DNA from: Fistulifera solaris | Lineage: Eukaryota | Assembly: GCA_030295235.1 (NCBI GenBank) | Contig: AP026144.1 | Span: forward strand, 62,001 to 126,000 | Reading direction: 5' to 3' | Length of the DNA stretch: 64,000 bases | In this document: positions 10,734 to 21,387 of the stretch, piece by piece | Position numbering within the stretch: position 1 is the first letter of the stretch | How the letters are laid out: each line of letters starts with the position of its first letter | Notes under the pieces: model-generated | What the model was told of the DNA's origin: nothing | Database searches by the model: none | What the model saw: only the letters and a program-made list of their open reading frames with translations | Made by a program: the position numbers and the translations under genes

Positions 10734-12653
10734 ATGATAAACTTTATCAAAACGAACAAAACTTTCGCGAGCTTCGTGCTCTTTACTTGCATCCTTACGT
10801 CTCCTGTCGGCCGGATTGGCTGTTTCTTCGCTCCGGCGGAGATTCAGTTTGCTCTGGAGATTGTAAGTATGCTGCGCAACAGCGCAAGTATTCAGTCGCT
10901 TTCGGAGTCGGTGTGTGATTTCTACTTCGTCTGTTTGCTTGATCTGTCGCTCTTTTCGGTTCTTTGCATCATCCTTGTGCCTGCTTGCGTTGCTGGACTT
11001 GTGTTGATGCGTTTCTGCGCTCGGACCGTCGCAGAAATGGCTCTTCTGGCGCTGAAGAGTTTGTGCTCGACCATGTGGGCGTTGTTTGGTCGTCGTGCGG
11101 CTGTTTGCTTCGTTCTTTTTCCCGCAAGCGGTTGTACGTATCGTGAAGCTGTTCTCTTGGCAAAGAACACGGAGTTTCCAGTTCGTTTGGAGACTCCAAG
11201 TCTCACGTTGTTTCGTCCTGTAGCTCCGGTACTTGGCGCTACGGGGAAACCATTTGATTTGAAGCGAAAGCACCGTGTCATTTTTCGTGTGTCTTTTGTC
11301 TTCATTCTCTTTCTTGTGTTGATTGGAGTTGTTGTTGCTGCTTGTGGAGGTGCCAGATGGATCGCTACTTCCGCAGTTGGCTTGTCTTTGTTGTTGGCTG
11401 AGCTTCGTCGGTCGTCGGCAGCAGCAGCAAAGTCGTCGACTCATATTGTGCAATTGTGGGATCTCGAGACATCCAGCTCTTTCGCTCTCGACCGCATTTG
11501 TCTTGTGCGTGAGTTTGAGTTTCGCCGTCGCTCCACGCAAAGCACACAACAATCTGCTTCAAAGCAAGAAGTCCGTTCAGTCGAACATACGGTCCGTCGT
11601 CGTCGTGTTCGTCGTCGAGTTCGTTTTGCACCTGAAGACAAGTTGTGTTCGTTCGTTCTCATCAAGCCTTATTATGAGATGAGCGCAGAGGAGCTGGGAG
11701 ATTGCTACGACGGTCGCTTCATGTTGAAGAAATTCACGAACATGAAAACACAGGAAGTTGACTGGGAACGTCAATTTGAAGTGTTTCCAAGTGACGATGA
11801 ATCCGCGTTTTGCGAACACACGTACTGGAAGTTTGTAAAGCACATTCCGGCCTTTACAGAGGAGTTGTTTTTCGTGGATGAAAAGGGAGAGAGATGCCAT
11901 CCGGCTCACTGGACGGCATTTTCAAGGGGCCTTCTTTCATACTTACGAAAAAGTGGACACGTTCCTCCCGGATTTTGCTCGTGGGATACGTACGAGCGTC
12001 ATCTGGTTTGGTACCATGAGTTTTACCATACATGTATTACGTGGTATGATCATCACTTCTGCGGTTTTCCAGTCGAGCCACTGCCACAGGATGCGGAGGA
12101 AATTGGAGGAAGTTTTGACGGTGCTGATGTTGACGCTAACGCTGACGGCAAGGATTTCGGCGACGATAAAGGTGTTGACAATCGACCTGATGACTTCCTG
12201 GAAACAGAAGCAAGGTATGATCACAACTTTTGCGGTTTTCTGTTAGAGCCACTGCCACGGGACGTGGAGGATAAAGGAGGCCGTTTTGACGGTGCTGAGC
12301 TTGACAACAACGCCAATGCTGAAGGCGATGACGATAGAAGTGTTGGCTATCACGCTGAGAGCTTCCCCGGAACAGAAGCGACAGTGGAAGCTCGTGGTTT
12401 TGTTGGAAGTGGAGTTGTTGCATTGTCAATAGCAACACTGATTTTTGAGGACAACGAGGATGAGGATGATGTTGCCATTGATACCGGGGTGGAGGTGGAG
12501 GACATTGAAGATGAGGTTGTTGGTTTGGGTGAAGAAGTAGATGCGGTGACTGTTCTTCCTCCAACGAGAAAACTGAAAGCATTCGGTCCTTGCAATCGCA
12601 CCCGTCCGTACTTGGGGCGGCGTTGCAAGGAAAATGTTCAATATACAAAGTAG
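10734..12653 (+). CDS. Orphan 639-aa protein: hydrophobic N-terminus, RVxF-type motif, 57-aa internal duplication, acidic tail, basic C-terminus
   Basis: Intact 1.9-kb ORF with 'RRRVRFAPEDK...YYEMSAEE', a duplication at 12043-12211 / 12214-12379, and the ending 'RTRPYLGRRCKENVQYTK'. No family recognised. Confidence 0.55.
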   Translation: MINFIKTNKTFASFVLFTCILTSPVGRIGCFFAPAEIQFALEIVSMLRNSASIQSLSESVCDFYFVCLLDLSLFSVLCIILVPACVAGLVLMRFCARTVAEMALLALKSLCSTMWALFGRRAAVCFVLFPASGCTYREAVLLAKNTEFPVRLETPSLTLFRPVAPVLGATGKPFDLKRKHRVIFRVSFVFILFLVLIGVVVAACGGARWIATSAVGLSLLLAELRRSSAAAAKSSTHIVQLWDLETSSSFALDRICLVREFEFRRRSTQSTQQSASKQEVRSVEHTVRRRRVRRRVRFAPEDKLCSFVLIKPYYEMSAEELGDCYDGRFMLKKFTNMKTQEVDWERQFEVFPSDDESAFCEHTYWKFVKHIPAFTEELFFVDEKGERCHPAHWTAFSRGLLSYLRKSGHVPPGFCSWDTYERHLVWYHEFYHTCITWYDHHFCGFPVEPLPQDAEEIGGSFDGADVDANADGKDFGDDKGVDNRPDDFLETEARYDHNFCGFLLEPLPRDVEDKGGRFDGAELDNNANAEGDDDRSVGYHAESFPGTEATVEARGFVGSGVVALSIATLIFEDNEDEDDVAIDTGVEVEDIEDEVVGLGEEVDAVTVLPPTRKLKAFGPCNRTRPYLGRRCKENVQYTK

Positions 12654-12759
12654 TTTAATTAATTTACCCTATTATTACGAAGGGCCGAAAGGTGAGAAGT
12701 GAGGACGAGAGAGCTGTCACGAGGGTGTTCGCTGGAAGCCCATCTGTCTGGATCCCGAC

Positions 12760-12792
12760 GACAGGGAATCAGACAGGGAATCAGACAGGGAC
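12760..12792 (+). repeat. 12-bp tandem repeat GACAGGGAATCA x2.7
   Basis: Read directly from the sequence. Confidence 0.9.
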
Positions 12793-12857
12793 TGTGACTA
12801 GGTACGTCTTGTCTCGAATCCACACTTCTTCGGCCATTTTTGTTTTTCTTTTATCAA

Positions 12858-13935
12858 ATCAAACAATTCAATATCATTGAATTGAATTGAATTGAATTAA
12901 ATTGGCCAGGTGTGGCGAGTCGTCAACTCTCGCACTGCGTTGAAGTTAGGGGCTTTTGTCTCTTGGTAAGTTTCGTCAGATGTGCCGTCTGTGAGAACGT
13001 TTTATGTGTTGAAACGCTCGCATCTCGGTGGCTTGGCGCTGTGAGACCCCTTTCTTTTAGCTTTTAGCTGCTCCTCGTGTCAGAGCACGGCTGCGTCGAA
13101 CTCTGGGATCTGCGTTTCGTTCTTTATATCATATCAAACAATTCAATATCATTGAATTGAATTGAATTGAATTGAATCGAATTGGCCAGGTGTGGCAAGC
13201 CAACTCTCGCACTGCGTTGAAGTTAGGGGCTTTTGTCTCTTGGTAAGTTTCGTCAGATGTGCCGTCTGTGAGAACGTTTTATGTGTTGAAACGCTCGCAT
13301 CTCGGTGGCTTGGCGCTGTGAGACCCCTTTCTTTTAGCTTTTAGCTGCTCCTCGTGTCAGAGCACGGCTGCGTCGAACTCTGGGATCTGCGTTTCGTTCT
13401 TTATATCATATCAAACAATTCAATATCATTGAATTGAATTGAATTGAATTAAATTGGCCAGGTGTGGCAAGCCAATTCTCGCACTGCGTTGAAGTTAGGG
13501 GCTTTTGTCTCTTGGTAAGTTTCGTCAGATGTGCCGTCTGTGAGTACGTTTTATGTGTTGAAACGCTCGCATCTCGGTGGCTTGGCGCTGTGAGACCCCT
13601 TTCTTTTAGCTTTTAGCTGCTCCTCGTGTCAGAGCACGGCTGCGTCGAACTCTGGGATCTGCGTTTCGTTCTTTATATCATATCAAACAATTCATTGTCA
13701 TTGAATTGAATTGAATTGAATTGAATTGAATCGAATTGGCCAGGTGTGGCAAGCCAACTCTCGCACTGCGTTGAAGTTAGGGGCTTTTGTCTCTCGGTAA
13801 GCTTCGTCAGATGTGCCGTCTGCAAGTGCGTTTTATGTGTTGAAACACTAGCAGCTCGGTGGCTTGGCGCTGTGAGACCGCTTTCTTCAGCTCCTCGTGA
13901 CAGAGCACGGCTGCGTCGAATTCTGAGATCTGCGT
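12858..13935. repeat. Four tandem ~275-bp units, each headed by a (TTGAA)4-6 tract
   Basis: Units start at 12858, 13133, 13410 and 13682 (275, 277, 272 bp, and about 254 bp for the last). Bodies 1-3 are nearly identical; body 4 is more diverged. Confidence 0.97.
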
Positions 13936-14829
13936 GGTATTATCTTTTTTTAAGTAGATTTAATAGACGGGATGCTGTTTATAAAAATGTGTCTTTCTAG
14001 TTTGATCACCGATCAAATGCCTTCTCCAATAAGATAATCGAAGCAAATTATACTATAGTAACCTATTGTTGTAGTCAGTGCGATCACAGAAGGTAAGTTT
14101 AAGAAATGCTTTGCCTTAGCAAGTCATCGCGTTCGCTATGTAGCCCATACATCCTTGTAGGTGACCCTATCTATAGTCAAGCATTCACTGATCTTGAGCG
14201 ACCGAAAAGGAAACCATTCATTCCTGCGTGCTCTCACATAAAGAAGGCCGGTGCCACGAATTATACCTGGTAGGCCTGGCCCTGTGCAAAGAGCCGAAAC
14301 TTCGCATTCGAATAGCCAGCGCGGCACTAATGTTTTGCCTCGTTCGAAGCCGGGAATGGCAAAATCGGCTTCAACTTTGCAAAGACGTAGCAAGTAGCAA
14401 GCCTCTTTAGGCTCATGAGCGAATAAGGGCGTTAGGGCGACGCATCATAAGCCAGCGGAGCGGGTGGCGGGAGAATTGATCAAAAAGACCTTTAAGAAAT
14501 AAAGCGAATCGCACGGGCTTTGTCGAAAAATTTGGTCGACTTCTTATTTATAATCCATCCACTCCCTTGATTTATGAAGGTCTTATCTTTGGTATCGGGA
14601 TTATTATCAAGAATGAAACACACGAGAAATATGGAGCGATGTTTCGGTTGGATGATGAAGGCGCCAGTGATCTGAACTGTCGGGGTTGTCTCTCATTCGC
14701 GAAGACAGACTTTATATACATTCAAGATTCTTTCTCTCGGGAACGTTTACAAGGAAAAGTTTTTTGAGACAGTTTAAACTGCTTCAAAGCTTTGTACTGT
14801 GTAATGTTCCTTTTAACAATACGTCGTGA

Positions 14830-15370
14830 AGGCACCACTTTTCCAGATTTTCTGAAGTGGTAAAGAGGTGAAGGCACCACCCACGCACACTCTCAGATTT
14901 TCTGAAAACGTCCCTGGTTTTCTGGTACCGTACCTGGTACCGGTACGGTACCTGTGAACGTAAGAATGAGACATGAGACACCTTACCTGGTACAAGTACG
15001 CCCAGATTTTCTGGCCACTTGAAAAACATCGCACGCACAGCCGCACAACCTGATTTTCGGTTGAAGCGCCACCACTCCCCCAGATTTTCTGGGTACGCGA
15101 AGAGTTTACACCCGCAGATTTTCTGTGAGTGTAAAAGCGCCAAATCGACTGAATTTCTGGCAATGTGAAAAGTGAATGCAAATGATCGTCAAATTTGCAT
15201 TCTGACTTGAGGAAATTAGGAATTAGGAATAAATATCAGTATTCTACCTTCAAAGATTAAACAGCACCTGCCCAAATGTTTCTACGGAGTACCTGGTACG
15301 TAGTACGTACGAGGTAGTACAAAGTATGAGAACGAAGAAACCACTCTCTCAGATTTTCTGGGACATGAAA
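14830..15370 (+). repeat. Second cluster of the CCCAGATTTTCTG(G) / GTGAAAA minisatellite, with a GTAC-rich hairpin at 14924-14952
   Basis: CAGATTTTCTG at about 14844, 14894, 15003, 15081, 15115 and 15350, in the same orientation as the 3.9-4.5 kb copies. GGTACCGTACC...GGTACGGTACC forms an 11-bp stem. Confidence 0.8.
15175..15242 (-). repeat. 68-bp inverted repeat, right copy (partner 3967-4034)
   Basis: 66/68 identity to the reverse complement of 3967-4034; contains the internal hairpin AATGCAAAT-N9-ATTTGCATT. Confidence 0.95.
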
Positions 15371-15596
15371 GCTCTAACCTTACTGTTAATGATTTGACAG
15401 AAATCGGGGGATGCTGCGTGTCATCACGTGAATACAAAGTAAAAAAGGCGGCCGCGCAGCAGCACATATATTCATTTTTATCTTTTTCTACGTTTTGTTG
15501 CTGTTATTGTGCCCCACAAAAGGTCCGTTTGCTTCTAGTTAGTTTATCACATCTTTCTTCATTGTTTCGTAATCTGTCGTAATCAATTTACATGTC

Positions 15597-17573
15597 ATGA
15601 AGATCCCTTTTCTCTTGTTTTTGACGACTCCTCCTTCTTTGCCGTTCTCTTCAACAACTAGTCCTTCGAGTACGAGCGGCTTCGCAACAATCACATCCTC
15701 TTCTTCGCCTCTGGACAAACGCTGCGTCCGATTATCCGAACGAATTAACGGAGAACCGCGTGAGATACGAAAAGAAGGACAAACGGGCTGGAACCACAAT
15801 TTACCGACGGAAAATTCGTCCTTCTGGGGAAATTCCGAAAGTCAGAACGACACTACAAACGATTCTTCTTCTTCCGCACCGTTGCGAACGGGTTGGTTGC
15901 ACAATACCGAATCGCCTTCCGAGAAAGAAGCACAACAACAAAAGCAACAATCATCAACACCGACAAATAAAGCACGGCAAACACTCGAATTGGCCATGAA
16001 GCAACAACGACGACAGCATCAAATTGTGCAACCTCCAACCTTTTGTGCGACAAATGATGCGAAACTCGTCATGGTGACGGAACATGTCTTGCGTGTGCCA
16101 CTGGACTATGATAACAACAGTCAGAAAGATTTGATACATGTGGCTTTTACTATTGTTGAGACGATTGCGGATGCACAGGACTATCAAATTTTACTCGAGG
16201 AATCGAATCCCAGCAAACGAGCGGACTGGTATGTACAAAATGCGGCCATGAAAGATGCCGATCAAATGCTCTTATATTTGCAAGGAGGACCGGGATTTGG
16301 AGCACCGATTCCCGCGGTGAGTCTATCATTGAGCAGCACCGGTTCGTGGTTGGGAGCGGCTTTGTCAAAATACAATCGGATTGTCTTGATGGATCAACGT
16401 GGAACGGGCAAATCATCACCCGTCACGAAACAATCCTTGGAACTTTTGTTTCCGGAGTATCTCAATGATAAACACAGCGCTACGCAAGAAAGTGCTCTTG
16501 CTCCAGTAGCCGGATACTTGACGCAATTCCGGGCAGATCAAATTGTCAAAGATGCGGAAGAAATTCGGGATGCACTGTTGTTGCCCACGTCTGACGAATC
16601 CACACCGCGTCCTTGGGGAGCTAGTTTGGGACAATCGTACGGTGGATTTTGTACCCTAACGTACTTGTCGCAAGTCACTCATCCACCTCGAGTGTGTCTT
16701 TTGACAGGAGGTATACCGCCTGCGTTGATGCCGACCGACAAAGTTTACGCGAGTTTGTGGCAGCGTGTCCGACAGCGCAGTCTATTGTATTATGGCATGT
16801 ATCCAGGCGATGTGAGATTAGTGAAACGATTGGTGCAAGCTTTGCTAAACAAGCCGGTGCCTTTGCCCTCGGGCGGTGTATTGACGGCACGTCGATTGTT
16901 GCAGCTGGGGTTGAGTTTGGGCGGTTCACCGAATGCCTTTGCATCCATGCATGCGTTGTTGCAATCGGCTGTCTTATCGATGCCTAGCAACGAAGACGAC
17001 TCGATAATTTGGAATCGTACCTTTTTGAAAAAAATGGAGGTGGAACAGAGCTTTGATGATCATCCGATTTACTTTTGGTTGCATGAATCGATTTATGCTG
17101 ATGGACAGGGAGCTACGCGATGGTCCGCACATCGGCAATACGAAAAGTTGAAATCAGAGGAACCAGATGTTTGGGATTATCAACAAACGTGTCGAGAGAA
17201 CTCCGTCAATCCTGTCTTATTCTTTGGCGAAATGGTATTTCCGTGGATGTCGGAAGATTATGGCGAGTTACGAGGGGTGGGTTCTGTGGCGGAAGCATTG
17301 GCACAGAAAGAAGATTGGAAGCCGCTTTACAACATGGAACGCGTGAAGCAAGTTCTTTCGTTGACACAGCAAACTCGTTTGGCAGCGTCTGTTTATTACG
17401 ACGATATGTACGTCGATTTCATGGCTTGTGAGGCCATGTTGCAAGGGCCGCTTTCTCCAGGAAAGGCCTGGATCACTAATGATTATCAGCATTCCGGTTT
17501 GCGTGACGATGGTGCGGCCATGTTCAACAAATTGTACGGCATGGCAAAGGGAACGATTCGGACACCGAGCTAA
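15597..17573 (+). CDS. Proline iminopeptidase (alpha/beta hydrolase, S33) with an N-terminal targeting extension
   Basis: 'LLYLQGGPGF', 'MDQRGTGKS', 'FRADQIVKDAEEIR', nucleophile 'GQSYGG', 'YYDDMYV', 'YQHSGLR'. Confidence 0.9.
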   Translation: MKIPFLLFLTTPPSLPFSSTTSPSSTSGFATITSSSSPLDKRCVRLSERINGEPREIRKEGQTGWNHNLPTENSSFWGNSESQNDTTNDSSSSAPLRTGWLHNTESPSEKEAQQQKQQSSTPTNKARQTLELAMKQQRRQHQIVQPPTFCATNDAKLVMVTEHVLRVPLDYDNNSQKDLIHVAFTIVETIADAQDYQILLEESNPSKRADWYVQNAAMKDADQMLLYLQGGPGFGAPIPAVSLSLSSTGSWLGAALSKYNRIVLMDQRGTGKSSPVTKQSLELLFPEYLNDKHSATQESALAPVAGYLTQFRADQIVKDAEEIRDALLLPTSDESTPRPWGASLGQSYGGFCTLTYLSQVTHPPRVCLLTGGIPPALMPTDKVYASLWQRVRQRSLLYYGMYPGDVRLVKRLVQALLNKPVPLPSGGVLTARRLLQLGLSLGGSPNAFASMHALLQSAVLSMPSNEDDSIIWNRTFLKKMEVEQSFDDHPIYFWLHESIYADGQGATRWSAHRQYEKLKSEEPDVWDYQQTCRENSVNPVLFFGEMVFPWMSEDYGELRGVGSVAEALAQKEDWKPLYNMERVKQVLSLTQQTRLAASVYYDDMYVDFMACEAMLQGPLSPGKAWITNDYQHSGLRDDGAAMFNKLYGMAKGTIRTPS

Positions 17574-17776
17574 AAAACAGCAAAATGCTAAGCTTAGTTA
17601 AGGCTTACATTTCGTGATTATATGTCGGCGAAAGAGATGTCTGTCGTGCCGCTCAGTAGTGTATGAAATTGAGTCTCAATGACAACCTTCCGTTAGCTCT
17701 TTTATCCCCAAAACCAGTCTTCTTGATGTAATGCCTCATATTCATTCGGTGGTGTGCGCCGTGTCTTTCGACTTTT

Positions 17777-19199
17777 TCACTTGATGGTGTACCCTGTGTA
17801 GAGAACATACAGCAAAAGATTGACTTCATCGTCCGGAATACCTGGCATGCAGGGATGACCATCCGGTGGCTTGGTAATCCAAGGATTATCTGCTCCAAAA
17901 TAGATACCCAAATCTCGACGTTGCATTGCTTTTAATGACGGAAGCCAGTGAGCGACACTAAACTCGTTTTTTGCCGTTATTCCTTCGGGGAACATGTTTT
18001 TCGGTTTCTTCGTGCTAACATTCCACACTAGAGCATCGAATTTCGACAATACAGGAGCCGACACACCAGTACTATTATTGAGAGGGATCTGAAAGTAATC
18101 TGAATACACTCGATTCAAAGCATTTTCGCTGAGCATTTGAGCCCGAAAAACATAGTAAACTTCAGTCGCATTTTGAAAGCGAACCATGGCAATACCGTCG
18201 TCACAACCACTTATCGTCTTATGAGGAATTTGAGTCGCCGATGGATGATAAAACGAGGCAAGATCGTTTTGGCGCGCACCATGACATCTTTTCTGTTGAA
18301 TGACGGAAATGCCTCGAATGGGCTGGCCAATTTCGGAGAATTCAATGGGCGTATTGCCGCGTTTTTTTATAGCGCTGAGCGAAATGGAGGGACCTGGATT
18401 TTTCACTTGTAACTCCGTAATATCCTCTCGGAATCCACATACCATGGCTTCCCACATTTGTCGAACATAGGATGATCCGTGTAACGCAATGCGTGTTAGC
18501 GAGTTGTTGACAGTGTCACTTGTTGAGGTAGGCCGTCGCGATAGACCCACAGGACCACCCAGTGCGTCGACGAGACTCCTTAACCGACACGGTTTTGAAT
18601 TGTTATCATGTCCTAGGTTCAAGACAAGTTCGTAATCCGAAGCCTCTGGTTTGTCGTAATCAGGTGGATGAGCGCAATTGTACCGAGCTTTCATGACATA
18701 ACAAGAGTAATGATCATATCGTGGTTGAACGCTGGGTAAAACAGGTAGATATGAACCCATGTTCTTTAGATTAATGATCCCTGTTTCCGAAAGGCATTCG
18801 GGAAAATTTGCTCGAATAAAGTCTAGCGAAGATTGAGGTGTTGTGTTGCCAGTGTCGTGCGCTGTATCATTGTTGACTGCCTCAATGGTAAATTCCTGGT
18901 CATCCTTTACTAGTTTCTCGTCCACAGCAAGGTTTTCTTTGTCTTTCACTTCTTTCCTTAGTTCTCCGGTTATAATCGAAACAATATTTCCATTGGCGTA
19001 CTCCTCATCAGGTTTCATAGCTAACGTCGTTTTGAGGCCGCTGTTGCTATTACTTTCGTCTTTCTGATCGACTACTTCAGCGGGTGTAAGCTGACGCCAT
19101 TGCTCTATAGAGATCCGCGTCAAGCCAAGTAGAAGAAACGCAGAGAAAGCCACAATGTTCCATCTTCGCACTTCACAGGGGGAGCGTCATTTGTAACAT
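17777..19199 (-). CDS. Type II membrane protein, TBL/PC-esterase (SGNH-like O-acetyltransferase)-like; paralog 1
   Basis: N-terminal TM, 'IALHGSSYVRQMWEAMVCG' (GDSxxRNQWESLxC-like) and 'DGHPCMPGIPD' (DxxHWCLPGVPD-like). The ATG at 19199 comes in frame if one base is removed from G5 19178-19182. Confidence 0.7.
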
Positions 19200-20008
19200 T
19201 GTTTTTGCTCTTTGCAGCGCATTCATTTCGCGCGCAAAATCAAAGAAAGCGGGCTTTGTTTTCGCCGAGAAATGGATGAAGCACTCTATCTTACCATGAA
19301 AGAAGACGCAGTGGAGCATAAATAAGTGCAGATTGAAGATGATGTTTGCGAAGCGTCGATATGTTCGTGATGATCATGATGATCTTCTTTCGATGGAATG
19401 CGATGCGCGCGAAATGCGGAGGCGGAAATACTTCGTGATTAAATCAAGTCTCGAACTCGGGCTGTGCATTTGCTATTACAAGTAGCTAATTAATTCCCGA
19501 CCGAAAGTCGCTTTCTAAGAACTGATATTTAAAAGGATCCTGTTGAATTTTATAGGTGAAGCGGTCGTTTTCATGCTGTACCAGTCGCTACAACAAAGTT
19601 TGCGGCGCTAACCTCCGTTTAGCACTTGAATGTTTTGTCCTTACGTCGACTCGAAGGATGTGAGTATCAGCCTCTTCAGTGTGCTCGCGCACACGAGTGT
19701 ATGTTGAGTCCTTCGGCTTCAACGTATTTCCCATTTTTGTTGCACGGTAAACAAAATGCGATGGATCTCTGCTATGCGCATAAACAAGGTTTGCTTTTCT
19801 TCGTCCTTGCATGCGATACTCTTTCTCTTCAAACCTTTTTTAGTCATATCAAAAGGCATTCCTGACAAGGATCAGGGCTAACAACACTAGTAGACAGCTC
19901 ACTCGTCAAAGCGCATATTATGAGACCAACTGCACTGCCGACCATCACAAAAACTCGACTTCTGAACCGTCAGTTGCTGATATATAGAAAATTCCTTCGC
20001 TTGCCAAT

Positions 20009-21279
20009 TCAAGGTTTCTCCGCTTGCAAAAGGATCCACCCGGCTTGTACGGGCTGTGGTCGGTGTACATTCACAAATCCGGCTTCCTCAAATGCCCGAA
20101 TGACGTTCTCTTCCTGAGATACCAGTATTCCGCTCATTCCTAATTTCGCCCCCGGTCGTAAAAGTTTCAATAATAAAGGTGCCAGTTGCATCAACGGTGC
20201 CGCCAATATATTGGCGACGCACACATCACATAACGGAAATGGCGACACTTGCTCGTCTCCTTCGTCCGAAGACCACACGACTTCGCTGTGATCTCCCACT
20301 CGAGCGTACGCCTTATAGACCAGACTCTTGGATTCGTTGACTTCGTTGTCTTCGTTGCCTTCTTTGTTTTTGACAAACCACCACTCGAGTGGTGGAAGAT
20401 AATTGCGCATATCAATCTGATTGATACGTGCGTTGGCATTGGCAATCAAACACGCATCAACATCCAAATCGATTCCGATAATGGTCGATAATTGAGGATG
20501 TATTTTGCCGCCGCCATACCCAGGATACCAGACCCACTTCCATAATCCAAAAAGACTAGAGGATCATCCGACGAAGGGATATTTTCTGGCATGGACAACC
20601 ACTCCATGCACAACTGCGTTGTCGGATGTTCACCGGTCCCAAAGGCAACGCCTCCTTGGAGTGTGAGCGGTATTAAGCGATCCATGTTGTAATCATTTTG
20701 TATTTGCGTTTGGTTGTGCCAGGGAAACGTCAAAAGAAATCGATTCGCTACCACAATTGGCTTCCAGCTTTGCTGTACATGAACAATCCAGTCGCGATTT
20801 GGTACAACTTCCAACTGATACGACAAGGTTGGATGATCGCTGCCCAAAAAATCTTGGACCGTCTCGACGAGTGTTTCCAGTCGCGTACTCGCCGGGAAAT
20901 GAGCCGTGACGTGACAATGATTCCATACCGGCGGTAACCACAGCAGTCTTTCGTCTTCATTGAATGTCGGTTCCCCAAACATCGGTTCTTCCATCTCCGT
21001 GTCTCGATCGGCATCTGTCATAGAAACGGAACAGGCTCCCAATTCGAGTAGAAAATCACACAAGATATCGGGTTCGTTCTCTTTGTCAATATTGCGGAAC
21101 GTGATAGATCGTAACTGCGCTGCCGATTCGTACTTTGATATAGTCGGAAGATCGAATGTATTAGCGGCCGATTGATGATGCGTTCGACACGCCGAAAAAG
21201 TAGCGTCTCGAACTTGAAATGCCTCCGTCGGAATGATGATGAGCCAATAAGACGCCAGGAAGAGTAGAGCTGACAACAT
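20009..21279 (-). CDS. prmA: Ribosomal protein L11 methyltransferase, plastid-targeted (frameshift at T4 20503-20506)
   Basis: 'DWIVHVQQSWKPI', 'GVAFGTGEHPTTQLC', 'LDYGSGSGILG', then 'IIGIDLD', 'VANILA', 'GMSGIL'. Signal peptide ends TEA|F. Confidence 0.92.
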
Positions 21280-21318
21280 ACTTGGGAACGAACTACGATG
21301 ACTCGTTTGACGCAGTAT

Positions 21319-21387
21319 AGTGAGTGAGTGAGTGAGTGAGTGAGTGAGTGAGTGAGTGAGTGAGTGAGTGAGTGAGTGAGTGAGTGA
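21319..21387. repeat. (TGAG)~17 microsatellite just upstream of the prmA start
   Basis: Read directly from the sequence. Confidence 0.97.

Noticed and set aside
10518..11552. 344-aa antisense ORF overlapping the 639-aa ORF
   Set aside because: Its Lys/Arg/Gln/Asn-rich composition is the expected shadow of the T-rich hydrophobic sense frame; no motif recognised.
12960..13120. Hammerhead or HDV-like ribozyme in the array unit (CTGACGA on the minus strand, CTGTGAG...GAAAC and CTCCTCG on the plus strand)
   Set aside because: I could not assemble the required stems around these partial core motifs by eye, so no ribozyme is called without a covariance search.
12858..13935. CRISPR array
   Set aside because: The sequences between the TTGAA tracts are ~230 bp and near identical rather than unique spacers; no cas genes; eukaryotic context.
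13746..14000. 84-aa Cys-rich ORF in array unit 4
   Set aside because: GTG start, frame disrupted in units 1-3 by indels, and no recognisable domain.
15209..15230. Telomeric repeat (TTAGGAA x2)
   Set aside because: Only two copies, not TTAGGG, and internal to the 68-bp repeat.
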